Shown here piece by piece: positions 35,118 through 46,915 of a stretch of DNA of 52,810 nt. The stretch spans positions 1-52,810 of the forward strand of contig NKIB01013710.1 in the NCBI GenBank assembly GCA_002256025.1, given 5' to 3'. The notes under the pieces were generated by a model, which was not told where the DNA came from, did no database searches, and saw nothing but the letters and a program-made list of their open reading frames with translations. This DNA comes from Asterionella formosa. Taxonomy: Eukaryota. A program made the position numbers and the translations under genes. Numbering within the stretch: position 1 is the stretch's first letter; each line of letters begins with the position of its first letter.

Positions 35118-37593
35118 TATTTTTCTAATAATAAAAGTGCAAATGGGTTTTGAAATAAATGCATTCACTGTCGCTCTGATGGTAATTTCAAAATAAGCCA
35201 AGTCAGCCCTAAAATTATCATCGGTATGCTGTATTTCGTTCGGAACCAGAAGTTTAACACAGGTGTCCGATTGACTTCATAGACTTGCACAGTATGCTCG
35301 GAAAAGATTGTGACAAAGATGAGTTATTCTGGTATGTCGTCAACAAAATTCTTTTTAATACATACACATTAGTGCGTATCTATTTTTTGTCGGGTTGTTA
35401 GGCATTATATTACCCTAGGACGACCAAGTACTTGGCACTCATATTCATTGCAACAATTGGCAGATGCATGTAACGACGGGAATAACTATTGGCACTGACT
35501 GTGAGAACCCTAAACGACACCTTATTGGATCCTCAACGTTCGGGTTCAAGTTGAATCTCGGTATGGCACCAGCTATCTTGGTTGATACTCCACCTTGTTA
35601 CCGGTACCAGGAACCGGTACTTCATTGTGTGCGGAAATTTTCCCTGCATCTACGACCCGATTGTGACATACCTAAACGACACCTTTTTAAATCTTCAATG
35701 TTCTGGTTCAATTTGAAAGTAATTGCAACAACCAACCAAAAGCAAGCAAGCACCGAAGTGAGAATGATAACGGAAGATAACGCTTCCAAGAAACAACACA
35801 AGGCATAATGATGATCACATTTACGATTTCATTAAGAAAACATTGTTAGCATAATACTACTTCTTTACATTATGGTTTCAATGGCGATTTGATTGTTTGA
35901 TTGATTTTCGACTAGAAATAGTACAGCTTTACATGCCATCACACCATGATGATAGATGAAAAATACACAATGAAGCTAGTACATTCTGTTTCCAATATGA
36001 TATTGTCCCTATTTTTGTACAGAAAAATTCACCTGTTTACTGTAACAGTTGTACATAGTTTCCACTGAATCCAAATAGACAGGCCTGCTGTTGCCTTTAG
36101 AGGTTGTTTTTAGATCCATACCGGTAGTGGTCTTAACATTTACCGCCATGGTCATTTGAAAGTCACTTGCTTTGTCATGTTAATTGATCTGACAGGGTAA
36201 CAAATCAATTTTAACCGATGATTACTGTGAACTAGTCTTTAAAAAGTACTGTAGGTTATTTTGACAATCATGATCAAAGAAACTCAGGGAAAATAGCAAA
36301 ATAAGTTTTAGATTTAATAACAAACCTGGAATACTGGAAAAGTTTGACTAGTATGGTCATTGTTGCATGTGCTAGTGAGAAAACATAGTTTTACACTCTG
36401 AACTTGTGCTGACTTGCCCTATGCATACCACAAAGGATTTGGACTGTGCCATTAGTGTAGACCTGTATGTCAGCGTGTGGTCCATCAGTGGGACTTGTCA
36501 AGTTGGGGAGGAGCAAATCAGAGCGGAAAGTTGTATTTATCACAAACATCATGGACGACGAATACCATTCATATGCAAACCAATATGAGCACTCTGCTTT
36601 ACTGGTCATTCAAGGCAGTACTGGAGCGCGCTAGGAATATGCGTGCCCAACGAATTTGAGCACGCACAGCTAAAACGAATGCACTTCTGTTCTTGTCTTC
36701 TTGCATGTGGTAACAGTTGTACTATATTATTTATGATTATAGTTTATATTGTTCATTCCCGCCATCATATTTCGCTGAATCCTGGCTGGTTGGCTCGGCA
36801 ACTCCGTGCTGAACCACTACCGGTATTGGCATATGTATGTGATGTATTTTTTAAATTTTTATGTAAATAATTATTTTATGCCTTTGCTTGCTTTTCTTTA
36901 TAGGAGGTGGCTGCAGAACGTGCCTACAGACGGTACCAGTACCTGGTACCAGGTACCAGGTACCGGCATGTGTTTGGATGGACATACCGGTAATGATGAG
37001 GGGAGCACATTTTAGTAGAGAATTTTTGAATTACCGTTCCGGAATTCAATTTTATCAAATACCTAACGCTGTAGGTAGGGGTCCCGGCGACAATCGTCAA
37101 CATTACCGGTGAACTTGGGGGGAGGAGGTGTTAAATACCGGCAGCTACTCCGACGGAGACATAATAACGATAAAATCGACTCACGATTGCCTCAATGATA
37201 GGGGCTGCGACCACAGCCGGCACTCCCAGTGTTTGGACAAAAGGATTATGTGTGTATGTTGTCAGAATGCGAAATTTCTTCTGTGATTCTAGTATGTACC
37301 CAATGGCATGCCGTGTGGGCGCGCATCATGCCTTTTCTGATACTCCATTTAACAACCTTTCATGTGCCATTCTCTACATTTAGTCTTACTTCCTATTACT
37401 TGCCTTTCATTTTGTCCAGATCAATTCGTCGTTGACACAACATGAACTTGTTCACTCGACACAGGTTTCCAACGCAAGCAGAGAAGAACGAGAAGTGACC
37501 TGATGATACCAAACGATCAAGGATCATAAAAAATTTCTAGCAACGTTCCTAACTAGATATCAACAATTGAGAAAGAAACATAACTTACTCAGA

Positions 37594-39399
37594 ATGTCGT
37601 CGTCCTCAAGAACATGCGGGTTGCTGATATCGATTTGTTTTTCTTATGTTGCTACGCTCGCCAACTCTAGTTTTATCCGAACCAACAAAGATTGCTACAG
37701 TGTCGGCGAAGATATACGAATCACTTTTGTGAACGCTAATCCTCTATCAGATGATTTTATAGGCATGTACAGTCCAACTGCAAGTCTCAATTTACTCCCG
37801 AATGTTGACGATCACTCTCATTGGCTCTGGCCTTGTGGAACTTGCAACTGCACGAGCTTTGAAACTGGAAATACAAATGCAACTGTTTCGTACATAAACA
37901 AACTGTCAGTCGGAACATGGAAGGCAGTCCTTGCTCGCAACAATGCCAAAGGGCCACCGTTCGACGGAATGGTGGAATCATCATCATTCTTTGTTACCTC
38001 GAATTGTGGCGGCGGTGATCCTTCCAGCATTACTGCTCGGAATAACATTCGTCGGGCTGCTACCACTTGGGCTCCAGCTCGGGCGCCTTCACCTGCTCCT
38101 ACACGGGCTCCTACCCGGGCTCCTACCCGGGCTCCTACCCGGGCTCCTACACGGGCTCCTACCCGGGCTCCTACACGGTCACCTACAAAGGTTACCACTT
38201 GGGCTCCCGCCACTACTCGTGCTCCTACTCAGATGTCGGCACAATCGGTTATTGATGCCGCCAGATTGGATATTGAATCAATCATTGTTGGTCCAACTGG
38301 CAATCCAAAGCTAGCTGCAAAGTTTCTTCGACTTGCATTCCATGACTGTGTCGGTGGCTGCGACGGATGTGTCGATCTTACCAATCCTGATAATGCTGGG
38401 TTGTTGGTCCCCATTGCAGCTCTACGGCCAATAGTACTAAAGCATGTCAAATTGGGTGGGGTGCTGAATTCACGTGCTGATCTTTGGGCATTGGCGGCCA
38501 CTGTAGCCGCTAATGTCACACAAACTAAAATTGCTTTTAAAATGGACGGCAACAAGCGAGTTGACTGCGAAAACGCTAACCTCGTTTGCCTGAATTCAAC
38601 GGGGGGAAAGCAACCATGCAGTGACGTTCGTGGACCTCACAGAATACTCCCTGGTATGAACACCAATTCACATGATCTAATCAAATTCTTCGCGAATGAG
38701 TTTGGGTTTAGCATCAAGGACACAGTCGCAATTATGGGCGCACATACCGTTGGCGAACTAAGTAAAGGAAATAGTGGAGTTGATGGTCCAAATGGATGGT
38801 TGCTTGACAATCAAGTCCTCAACAATGGTAAATAGTATTTTGTGTCAAGACTGTGTACATGCTGCCGAAACCATTGCCTAATTCTGTTTCGTTTTTTGCA
38901 GCGTACTATAAAGAGCTAATAGGAGGCACCTCCGCAAGCGATTCTCTCGACATACACATAGACAATGCGCCGGGCTGGACGAAAGGAGTCGAGACGGGAA
39001 ACCCAAACGGTATTCCCGATCGTAACATCTGGGTCGGATTCCCAAATGGGAAGAAAATAATAATGCTGAACGTGGATGTTGGACTGGTACGTGAATTAAA
39101 CTCTACAAATATGGATAAAAATGGACTAGTCAGCTGCACCTTCAGAAGAACTGGGCGATGTCCAGCCAATCAACTTGCTATCGATTTTGCCATTGATTGT
39201 AAGTATGAACGTGTGAAACGAACGTTTTGACGAGATGTGTACAAAATGCTCATTGGCTTTAAATTCAAATTGATCAGACACCTTCGATAACCTTTTGTGG
39301 TTAAATGACTTCCGCGATGTTCTACGACGCATGTTGCAAAATGGATATGTCAAAACCAGTGTTTGCGACGGCACCATTTGTTCATTGAAACGTGAATGA
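37594..39399 (+). CDS. Secreted heme peroxidase (peroxidase-catalase superfamily) with N-terminal beta-rich domain and (APTR)n linker, 3 exons: 37594-38827, 38902-39198, 39278-39399
   Basis: Signal peptide. Distal FLRLAFHDC..GCDG, SRADLWALA and proximal MGAHTVG. Introns 38828-38901 and 39199-39277 are in frame. The last exon YTFDNLLWLNDFRDVLRRMLQNGY.. is missed by the ORF track. Confidence 0.9.
38095..38178 (+). repeat. 12-bp coding tandem repeat GCTCCTAC(A/C)CGG, 7 copies, encoding APTR
   Basis: Seen directly in the sequence and the translation. Confidence 0.95.
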
Positions 39400-41610
39400 T
39401 GATATTGCTCAATATATCACACGCTCAAACGCCTGCAAGAAGGGGACCATCTTTCAAGCAAACTCAAGCTTAATCAGTTATGTTGCATCCTGCACGAAAC
39501 CATGGATGGAGGGATTTTAATTCATTTCGTCCCCTCTGTTCCACTGCAGGACAGAAGAGCGAGCAACGGACATCAATTCAAATTCCTTCATGGTAAATTC
39601 TATTAAATTGTCTAGTTGAATTATCACTGATCTTACTTTTACAATCACTAAAGCTGAAATAGTATTTCCCTTTACATTTTGTAATATTGTGAGCATCTGT
39701 TAGTAGTCTATCTAGTCTTTTTCTTGCCTGATTACTCATGTAATCCTGAACAAGACATCTCGCACTTTTATTGATCTGGTCAATATGATCTTGCTTGATT
39801 TGACAATAAGTAAGCATTGCATATTCATATGACAAGAAGTGAGCACCTTATTCATTTGTCAATAAGTAAATATCTCAATTCATTTGTTAATAAATGTCAC
39901 ATATATCTTGGTTTCTAATCACTAGAAATTTGATCCTCAACTTGTTGGATTCCATATATTTTATCAACATACATCATATTCTATCTATTTGATTAATTAA
40001 TCATTTTATATGTCTGAATGGCTGTGTCTGTTAGGCTGTTGATGTTGACAAGTGTCCAAAGACTAGATGTAGGCTGAGGAATGTCGAAATGGAAATGACA
40101 GTATTTATATAGCAAAAAAATATGCAAACAAGAGGCATGAGAGAGATCTTGACCAATCATTCCAAGGCAGTACTGGAGCGTGCTAGTAAGAAGTGCTGTA
40201 AACTTCAACATTCATACCATAGACTACCAGGTACTGGTAAGCAAAAGGGAATCATATCATACGTGCTCATAATAAATAGAGCAACAAAGTATTACAGTAT
40301 TCTGCTGGAAATGTGTTGTTATTGTTCAAAAAGGTGACCCAATAATAAGTCCCGACAAAGAAAATCCTTGATTTTTTATAGTATGTGATAGATAATGTGG
40401 AAACTCCTCTATTGTCCAGGATATGGACAATGAAACTGAATGGATAAAAGTGATCAAAAAGAAAAAGAACAAAGCCACATCATAACCAATTGAGGTGGCG
40501 TCAGATGGAAAGAAATCAAAATAGACGTATTTATAATATCAAAATAGACGTATTAATAATATATGAGCTTTGCTCATTCTTTTATAAATATCTGGTTTAC
40601 ATCGATAAAGCTTCCCTGGTTTTTGTCTCATTGACACAATTGAAGATAAGAAGCCACCTGTGGATTCAACAGTATGTACGTATGTACACACATTTAACGG
40701 AATACTGGCATACCGACTACAGTTTTAGGACATCATTGTATTGAATTTATATCTATAAAGTAGTTGTGACAGTTGAAGGACTAGCCATTGGCAGGAGAGG
40801 GTTTTATGTACTTGTATATGGATTTGGCCCGGATACTAAATAGGTATCTCATTGTTTTGTGGATTCAAAGGAATTGGATCAGTACCAATTTTTTATGATC
40901 CTCCCCACCACCACCTGTCAGAACTATCTTTGACTTGCTTACTTGGAACACGATATAGTTAGTCACACTTCGTAACAGTATTACCACATTCAACGAGTAC
41001 CGGTAGGTATATTATTCGACGTAGTAGTTTAAGTTCTAAAATTTACCATGCTATGCATGTCTCACCACATTTTGTACTGTGCCAGTACCGGTACCGGTAG
41101 TCTAATGGAATACTGGTATATAGTACATAGTACCTGGTGCTTTTCTTCTGGTGGTGGATGCACATCGCCGGCAGGCTAAAGTAGAGATGAATACGTTCTC
41201 TGGTGGCTCTGCGATCGGGACGCCCCTAATTCGGAACCGTTTGAGTATCCGTTGGATCTGCTTTATTCTAGTCATACATACACAAAACATACACAGCAGA
41301 GCAATACTCTTACATGATAGTAAGAATACATGGCATGCTAACTAAATATTAACGGACTATGACAGGAATCCTCCTAATCAAGTATCTAAATAATATGAGA
41401 TTCGAACATCGCATGTATATAAACGGCTGGTATAAATATTCATAGTAAACAGAAAATGAAGTTGTTGTCGACACAAAATTTTATTTTTATGGAGGGAAAA
41501 GTGGAGTTGGTACAACAAAACCGGAGGTATCGGTATATATTTAGGGCGGCGTGTAAATCTGTTCTTTGTCGGCGATAGATGGGTATCACAAATCCAGTAA
41601 AGTCACCATC

Positions 41611-44600
41611 ATGCCGCCTCAACAATCTCTGGTAGATGCCACTCAGTTCATTATAGATGAAGATGCTAGCACATCAACGATCGAAGAGACTGACTCTGTT
41701 GATTTTCTTGTTGAGATTGTCGGTGCCAATCGATTGGTAGTTGACGACCAAGATGAAGTCAACGAGGCAGCGATCCGGCCATATTGCATCGTGTCCTTTG
41801 GAGGCTGCCAAATTCACAAGACAAGAGCAGCAGAAGGGGGATGCAATCCTATTTGGACCATCGATACAAGGTCGCTTTTTATTTTTTCGGCAAATTCGGA
41901 GGAGATGATTGCTCACAACTTGAATATTCAGGTGTGGACCCAGCGAAAGAGCAATCTTCCCAATATTTTGTCGAAAGAGAAAGTGTTTCTGGGTCAAGTG
42001 CATTTGAAGTCCTCCATAATTCTCAATCATTGCGATGAAGAACGATTTGAAATAGAGATGGAAGATGAGATCGGTCAAGATACTGGTTTGTTAGGGACGC
42101 TATCTCTGCGCATTCGTGTTGCTACGAAATCTGATGTTAAGTTTGTCAAGACTTGGAACCGGGCCAAGGCAACTCATGGAAAGAAGGACGAAGCTGTCAT
42201 GGCTCTGATTCAAGAAGAAGAAACGAGCACTAGACCATTGGCAACATTGGTCACCGAAACGAGCGAAACACAAGTCGCCGGAGCCTCTTTTCTCAACGCT
42301 TTGTCAAGTGCTTTTCAAGTGTCGTCCTATCGCGAACGAAGTACGGGACAACATAAACGTAAGGTGAAGCCACATGCCGATCCCAAGCGACGCAACGAGA
42401 CAGCCTATCTGACGTCTCGTGAAATTTCTCTTGAGACGAGGCGTCCTTCTCATGATTGGGTGGAAGCTGGTAGTGGTACACTCGGCAAGCTCTACGTTGA
42501 GATTTTATCATGCCACGGGCTGCCAAACGTCGACAGTGGAGAAGCGATTGGGAACCTTACTGATCCGTTTGTATGCGCTGTCTACGAAGACTCAATGGTA
42601 CAAACGCCAGTGATTGACGATGAGCTTAGTCCCCACTGGCTGCCTTGGACACAACGCGCGTTTTGCTTTGGAATTATGCACCCAGCCAGTATGTTGTATC
42701 TCGGTGTTTTCGACTACGATTTGGGAGTTCTGGTGGAACATGAACCAATTGGACGAGTCGCAGTCAACATTAGTAACTTACAGCGTGACACTCAATATTT
42801 ACTCAACTACAATCTCTACAAGAGCTCAAGTGTCACAGATCGAACACCCAATGGGAGTATCACAATTCGACTTCGATACGAAATTTTCGATGAAAAATTA
42901 GCCCTAATGACTGCCTTGCGACCCAGACCTCGAATTTACGTCAATGTCAAGAGCAAAAAGACCTTCAAGGTCGTTCGGTACACGTGCTTTGGCGAGTTTG
43001 ACAATGAAGAAAAGTTTGATCTGATTGTGTTCAAATCCTACATTAATGAAATTTTTGAATACAAACAGCGAATTGGATACGCTGTTTCGGACGCAGTGAG
43101 CTCACTCATCTTTTGGAGGGGACAAATCGAGATTTTCGGTGTGTTTCTTCCTATTTACTCCATCGTCCTTTTCTCTCTGACCATTTACGTCATTGAGCGC
43201 CCCTACATGTTTCCGTCATTTTTTCTTTTTAGCGTTGCTGGTGTTATGTTAGCCAACATGAGGAACCGTCTTGGACACCCTTCCCCGTGGGTGACCTGCC
43301 CTAGCTTCTGGCACTTTTTAAACATCTTGCGGACTGGTCATTCCAATATTTCTGTCCTTCGCATTGATCCCAAGGAAAACTACGAGGAGGAACAAGCGTA
43401 CGAAAATGCGTGGCAGAAACGAATGGAAACTGACATGAAGGCTGCCGAAAAAAAGGCTGAGATGCAGAAAGAGTTGAACGATATCGGAGACGAAACGATT
43501 CACACAGCAGTCAAGGGAGGGATCACAATGGAGTTGCTGGAACGATTAGGTCGCTACCAAGGTTATGGTGGTGCCGTTTGCCGATCTTTTCGATTCGTCA
43601 AGATTATTTTGACATGGGAGGAAAGCATCGTATCCTTTTGGATCACTGCTATTTTCGCTGCGTCTGGTTTGATTTCATTGTTGCTTCCCTGGGCCTTTAT
43701 TCTGACGTGGACCAGTCGGATCGTAGTGTGGGGATTCTTTGGACCTCATATGAAGATTGTAGATTTGTATTTACGAGTTAATGCCAAGGACAAACTGAAA
43801 AATATTGTTGAGCAATTCAAGCAGAAGCACCAAGCAGCTCGGTCACGACGAGAAGAAGCAGTAAAGCTCAAGGCCTTCAAATGCCTTCGATTTGGTGACT
43901 ATATCACCCAAGTGCCAGCATTCAACCTGGCACGTCACTACGATCGACCATTAGAGGACTCCACCGCTCGTTACATTCGCAAAGGTCCTGTTGTCAACAA
44001 GAATGCTGCTTGGATTCCTGGACAGCAGTTGTATGGAGCCATGATTCCCCGGCCCCATCATCCCCACGAGCGCAACAAGACTTTGGTGGAACAGGAGCGG
44101 AAGCGTCTTGGCCAATTCGAAGCCCGAATGATTGCTCTCAAGGCAGTGGTGAAGTTCCGTGGTGGATTGTCAAGAAGGACCCGACGACTGCAACTTCGTA
44201 CTGATGCTCATGACGATGAGCCGTTGTCCGCTGGATACGAACTCGTCCAATGGGGTGGAAAGACCTTACCCGAGCTGGTTCCAACGCATATGGAATGGTC
44301 CACCCCCAGCCTACCTGTAGCATCCTTTTGCTATGCAGGAATGGACCTTTGTGTACTCCCCTACGCAGATCATCTTCCAGCCAAAAGCAAAGACAACTTG
44401 ATTGTCCCTACGCAAGCATCTTCCGTATTCATGCTTGTGACTGAAGAGACCTTGCCAGCTGAGATGGAAGAGAAACCGGAAGAGGCCACCAATAATGATA
44501 TGTTGGAATTCAACGGTAGTAACGAACACGAAGAAGGAATTGAAGTAGTTGCATGGGGGCGATTCAGTGCCATGCCACAAGATCACCACTGGACTACGGC

Positions 44601-44724
44601 AAACGATGAAGAACTCGAAATCGTTCATCCGTTGGGAGAAGCTAGGCAAAATGTCCAAGTTGGCAATCTGTCGCTCTTATATAGAGCAAGCGACTCGACG
44701 TTTGTTGCATTCTACAGACCATAA
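41611..44724 (+). CDS. Multiple C2-domain transmembrane protein (MCTP-like)
   Basis: C2-like blocks FLVEIVGANRL..RPYCIVSF..CNPIW and LYVEILSCHGLPNVD..TDPFV..DELSPHW..VFDYD..PIGRV. Hydrophobic segments lie in the C-terminal half. First ATG at 41611. Confidence 0.85.
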   Translation: MPPQQSLVDATQFIIDEDASTSTIEETDSVDFLVEIVGANRLVVDDQDEVNEAAIRPYCIVSFGGCQIHKTRAAEGGCNPIWTIDTRSLFIFSANSEEMIAHNLNIQVWTQRKSNLPNILSKEKVFLGQVHLKSSIILNHCDEERFEIEMEDEIGQDTGLLGTLSLRIRVATKSDVKFVKTWNRAKATHGKKDEAVMALIQEEETSTRPLATLVTETSETQVAGASFLNALSSAFQVSSYRERSTGQHKRKVKPHADPKRRNETAYLTSREISLETRRPSHDWVEAGSGTLGKLYVEILSCHGLPNVDSGEAIGNLTDPFVCAVYEDSMVQTPVIDDELSPHWLPWTQRAFCFGIMHPASMLYLGVFDYDLGVLVEHEPIGRVAVNISNLQRDTQYLLNYNLYKSSSVTDRTPNGSITIRLRYEIFDEKLALMTALRPRPRIYVNVKSKKTFKVVRYTCFGEFDNEEKFDLIVFKSYINEIFEYKQRIGYAVSDAVSSLIFWRGQIEIFGVFLPIYSIVLFSLTIYVIERPYMFPSFFLFSVAGVMLANMRNRLGHPSPWVTCPSFWHFLNILRTGHSNISVLRIDPKENYEEEQAYENAWQKRMETDMKAAEKKAEMQKELNDIGDETIHTAVKGGITMELLERLGRYQGYGGAVCRSFRFVKIILTWEESIVSFWITAIFAASGLISLLLPWAFILTWTSRIVVWGFFGPHMKIVDLYLRVNAKDKLKNIVEQFKQKHQAARSRREEAVKLKAFKCLRFGDYITQVPAFNLARHYDRPLEDSTARYIRKGPVVNKNAAWIPGQQLYGAMIPRPHHPHERNKTLVEQERKRLGQFEARMIALKAVVKFRGGLSRRTRRLQLRTDAHDDEPLSAGYELVQWGGKTLPELVPTHMEWSTPSLPVASFCYAGMDLCVLPYADHLPAKSKDNLIVPTQASSVFMLVTEETLPAEMEEKPEEATNNDMLEFNGSNEHEEGIEVVAWGRFSAMPQDHHWTTANDEELEIVHPLGEARQNVQVGNLSLLYRASDSTFVAFYRP

Positions 44725-45259
44725 TGTCTCCCCAATTTGAAGTGTGACTGATTAAATATAATAATGTTTCAATTATGTAGTTGTTTTGCTATCCTTTGCT
44801 ACTTCTTTGGATTGAAAGACAGCATCAAATGGCGAACGTACCTTTAATGAGGACATGATAGGTCCTTCCCGTTCAAGACCAGTTTCTTGTTTGGCTAATT
44901 CTTTCATCTGGTCGTCAGCCACATCATTGACGTGTACATAAGTTCTGGCGCACCCATGCATTGAATTGGTACCCCAACTCCCAGTGTTTGAGGATGTAAA
45001 ATGTAGCTACCAGAATACTGAAGATGCCGGTGCTGATTCGACTTGACCGACGACGACGTTAATGGAGGGAGGGAAACCTTTGCTACAACAATGATCCAAT
45101 CTGCAACTCCGATCAGCCCCATTAGCATGCACATACCTTGGTCTAGATGAAATCATGATGCTGTGATGTTTCAATGATGAAACAATCTACAAATCATGAA
45201 AAATGACTGGTCGAAGTGAAATGAAAATCCCCTACTTATTCCCAAGTAAGTAAAATAAT

Positions 45260-46915
45260 CTAAGGTGCGACGCAGAAATCGGTTCTTGATTTGTCATAGC
45301 CCAAGCAACCAACAACGCTGCCTGGTCCATCCTTCAAACTACAAATCAAGTTTCCCGCACAGTCATCATCGGTGTCACAGTCGCCTTCGCACAGCCCACA
45401 TGGGCTTGCCTTGGAACATCCTGGAACTCTAAGCTCAGGCCCACCGCTCTGACTGGTGCTTGCAGAACTGGTAGCAATGCCACCACTAGGACCACTTTGA
45501 GAACTAGTTGTATTGCTGGCGGAGAGGGACGGGTCGTAGCAATAGTCTTTTGTTCCTTGTACGCTACCACTGCACCCAGGAACACTTAGTTCGTCACTTT
45601 CGCCATCTCGCATGAAGCACTTCAAGTCTCCCTTGCACTGTTCATCACTGTCACAGTCTCCTTCACAAATCTCGCAAGGGTGAGTGCGGTTACAATCAGG
45701 TCTACGCAATTCTAGGGTACTCGAAGCAATTTCGGTCGTCGTGGGACTGCTGCTGCTGCTGCTTTTGCCACTGTTGTTATTTGGAAGGGAGGGATCGTAG
45801 CAGTAGTCTTTTGTGCCATATGCACTGCCAGAACAACCCGGGACCTTGTCATCACTCTTGCCATCACGAAAGAAGCACTTCAAGTTTCCCGAGCACTGAT
45901 CATCACTGTCGCAGTCTCCCTCACAAATGTCGCAAGGATGTTTCTTGCTGCATTCAGGGCTGAGCAATTTCAATGAATACGGGTCCATCGTGTTGGCGGC
46001 ACTGCTACTTATCGAATGGGAGGGTTTGAAGCAGTAGTCACTTCCATTACGAACAACACCAAAGCAACCAGGGACTCCCTCGGTTCCACTGCGCTTAAAG
46101 CATTTTAAGTTGTCCTTGCAATCACTATCACTATCACAGGTGCCTTGACACATATCGCAAGGTCGACTACTGCATGCAGTACTGTTGCGCAACTTCAAAT
46201 TTGTCAAATCACCGGCTGTATCAGGATTGGAATTGGATGTTCCGGAATAACTTGTCCATTCACCCGTGTGGGTATTCTCAGCCAGACTGCATGCGACGGC
46301 CCAGATCAACTCCCCATCTTTTGGATAGTGTGCTTTGTTTGTGAGGCATTTCGATTCCTCTCCTTTTGGCTTGAGATGAAAGCGACTTCCGTCGGTTTTG
46401 ATCCCAGTAAAGATCTGATTGTTCGAATCAGAGCCTTTGCATTCAGCTAGTAAGTGTATCTTATCGGTGACGCGCTCCAGGCAGAGATTGGCAGTTTCTG
46501 TCTTGAGCTGACCACCCCCAGAACCTGAGACTGGCAAGTAGGTGAATTTCTGAGTTGCATCTCCTTCATCACAGAATTGAATCCACAAATGTTCACCCTT
46601 CGTGCATTTTTTCCCCTGGCACGACATGCACCATCGGCGTTCTATCCATTCCTGCTGCCAGCAGAATCCCTCTTCCCAGTACATTTTCAATTGGAAGGTC
46701 GATAGAAGTGCGCGGTTCGTTTCTGCTGGTGTTCCTCTAAGACTGCGAGTCATATATGCATCTTTTGTTTCAGCGAGTTGATGTATGTAGGGTGATTCAG
46801 AATCTTCTTCCAGACGACGAGAGTCTCCAGGGCAGCGACTATCCAATTCCCAAGCAAAGGCAGTGCTGATAATCAAAGCCGTTGTCAACAACGACCGCAA
46901 AGTTCTTGCATACAT
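45260..46915 (-). CDS. Frustulin-family cell-wall glycoprotein: signal peptide, RXL propeptide, Trp-rich/ricin-like domain, four acidic Cys-rich (ACR) domains
   Basis: Four repeats of C..C(E/Q)G(D/T)CD.D..C...L.C.....V(P/V)GC.G....D(Y/F)C separated by Ser-rich linkers. Trp-rich YWEEGFCWQQEWIERRWCM. RRL, RSL and RAL sites follow the signal peptide. Confidence 0.88.
   Translation of the reverse strand: MYARTLRSLLTTALIISTAFAWELDSRCPGDSRRLEEDSESPYIHQLAETKDAYMTRSLRGTPAETNRALLSTFQLKMYWEEGFCWQQEWIERRWCMSCQGKKCTKGEHLWIQFCDEGDATQKFTYLPVSGSGGGQLKTETANLCLERVTDKIHLLAECKGSDSNNQIFTGIKTDGSRFHLKPKGEESKCLTNKAHYPKDGELIWAVACSLAENTHTGEWTSYSGTSNSNPDTAGDLTNLKLRNSTACSSRPCDMCQGTCDSDSDCKDNLKCFKRSGTEGVPGCFGVVRNGSDYCFKPSHSISSSAANTMDPYSLKLLSPECSKKHPCDICEGDCDSDDQCSGNLKCFFRDGKSDDKVPGCSGSAYGTKDYCYDPSLPNNNSGKSSSSSSPTTTEIASSTLELRRPDCNRTHPCEICEGDCDSDEQCKGDLKCFMRDGESDELSVPGCSGSVQGTKDYCYDPSLSASNTTSSQSGPSGGIATSSASTSQSGGPELRVPGCSKASPCGLCEGDCDTDDDCAGNLICSLKDGPGSVVGCLGYDKSRTDFCVAP

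Noticed and set aside
37818..38314. Alternative-frame and antisense ORFs with GARV, GLLP and GSYP repeats
   Set aside because: Shadows of the 12-bp APTR coding repeat in the peroxidase.
1738..39399. Redox gene cluster (MsrB, DsbA-like, nucleoredoxin, TLDc, peroxidase)
   Set aside because: The genes are spread over 38 kb among unrelated housekeeping genes and have different predicted compartments. Nothing indicates more than chance without synteny data.
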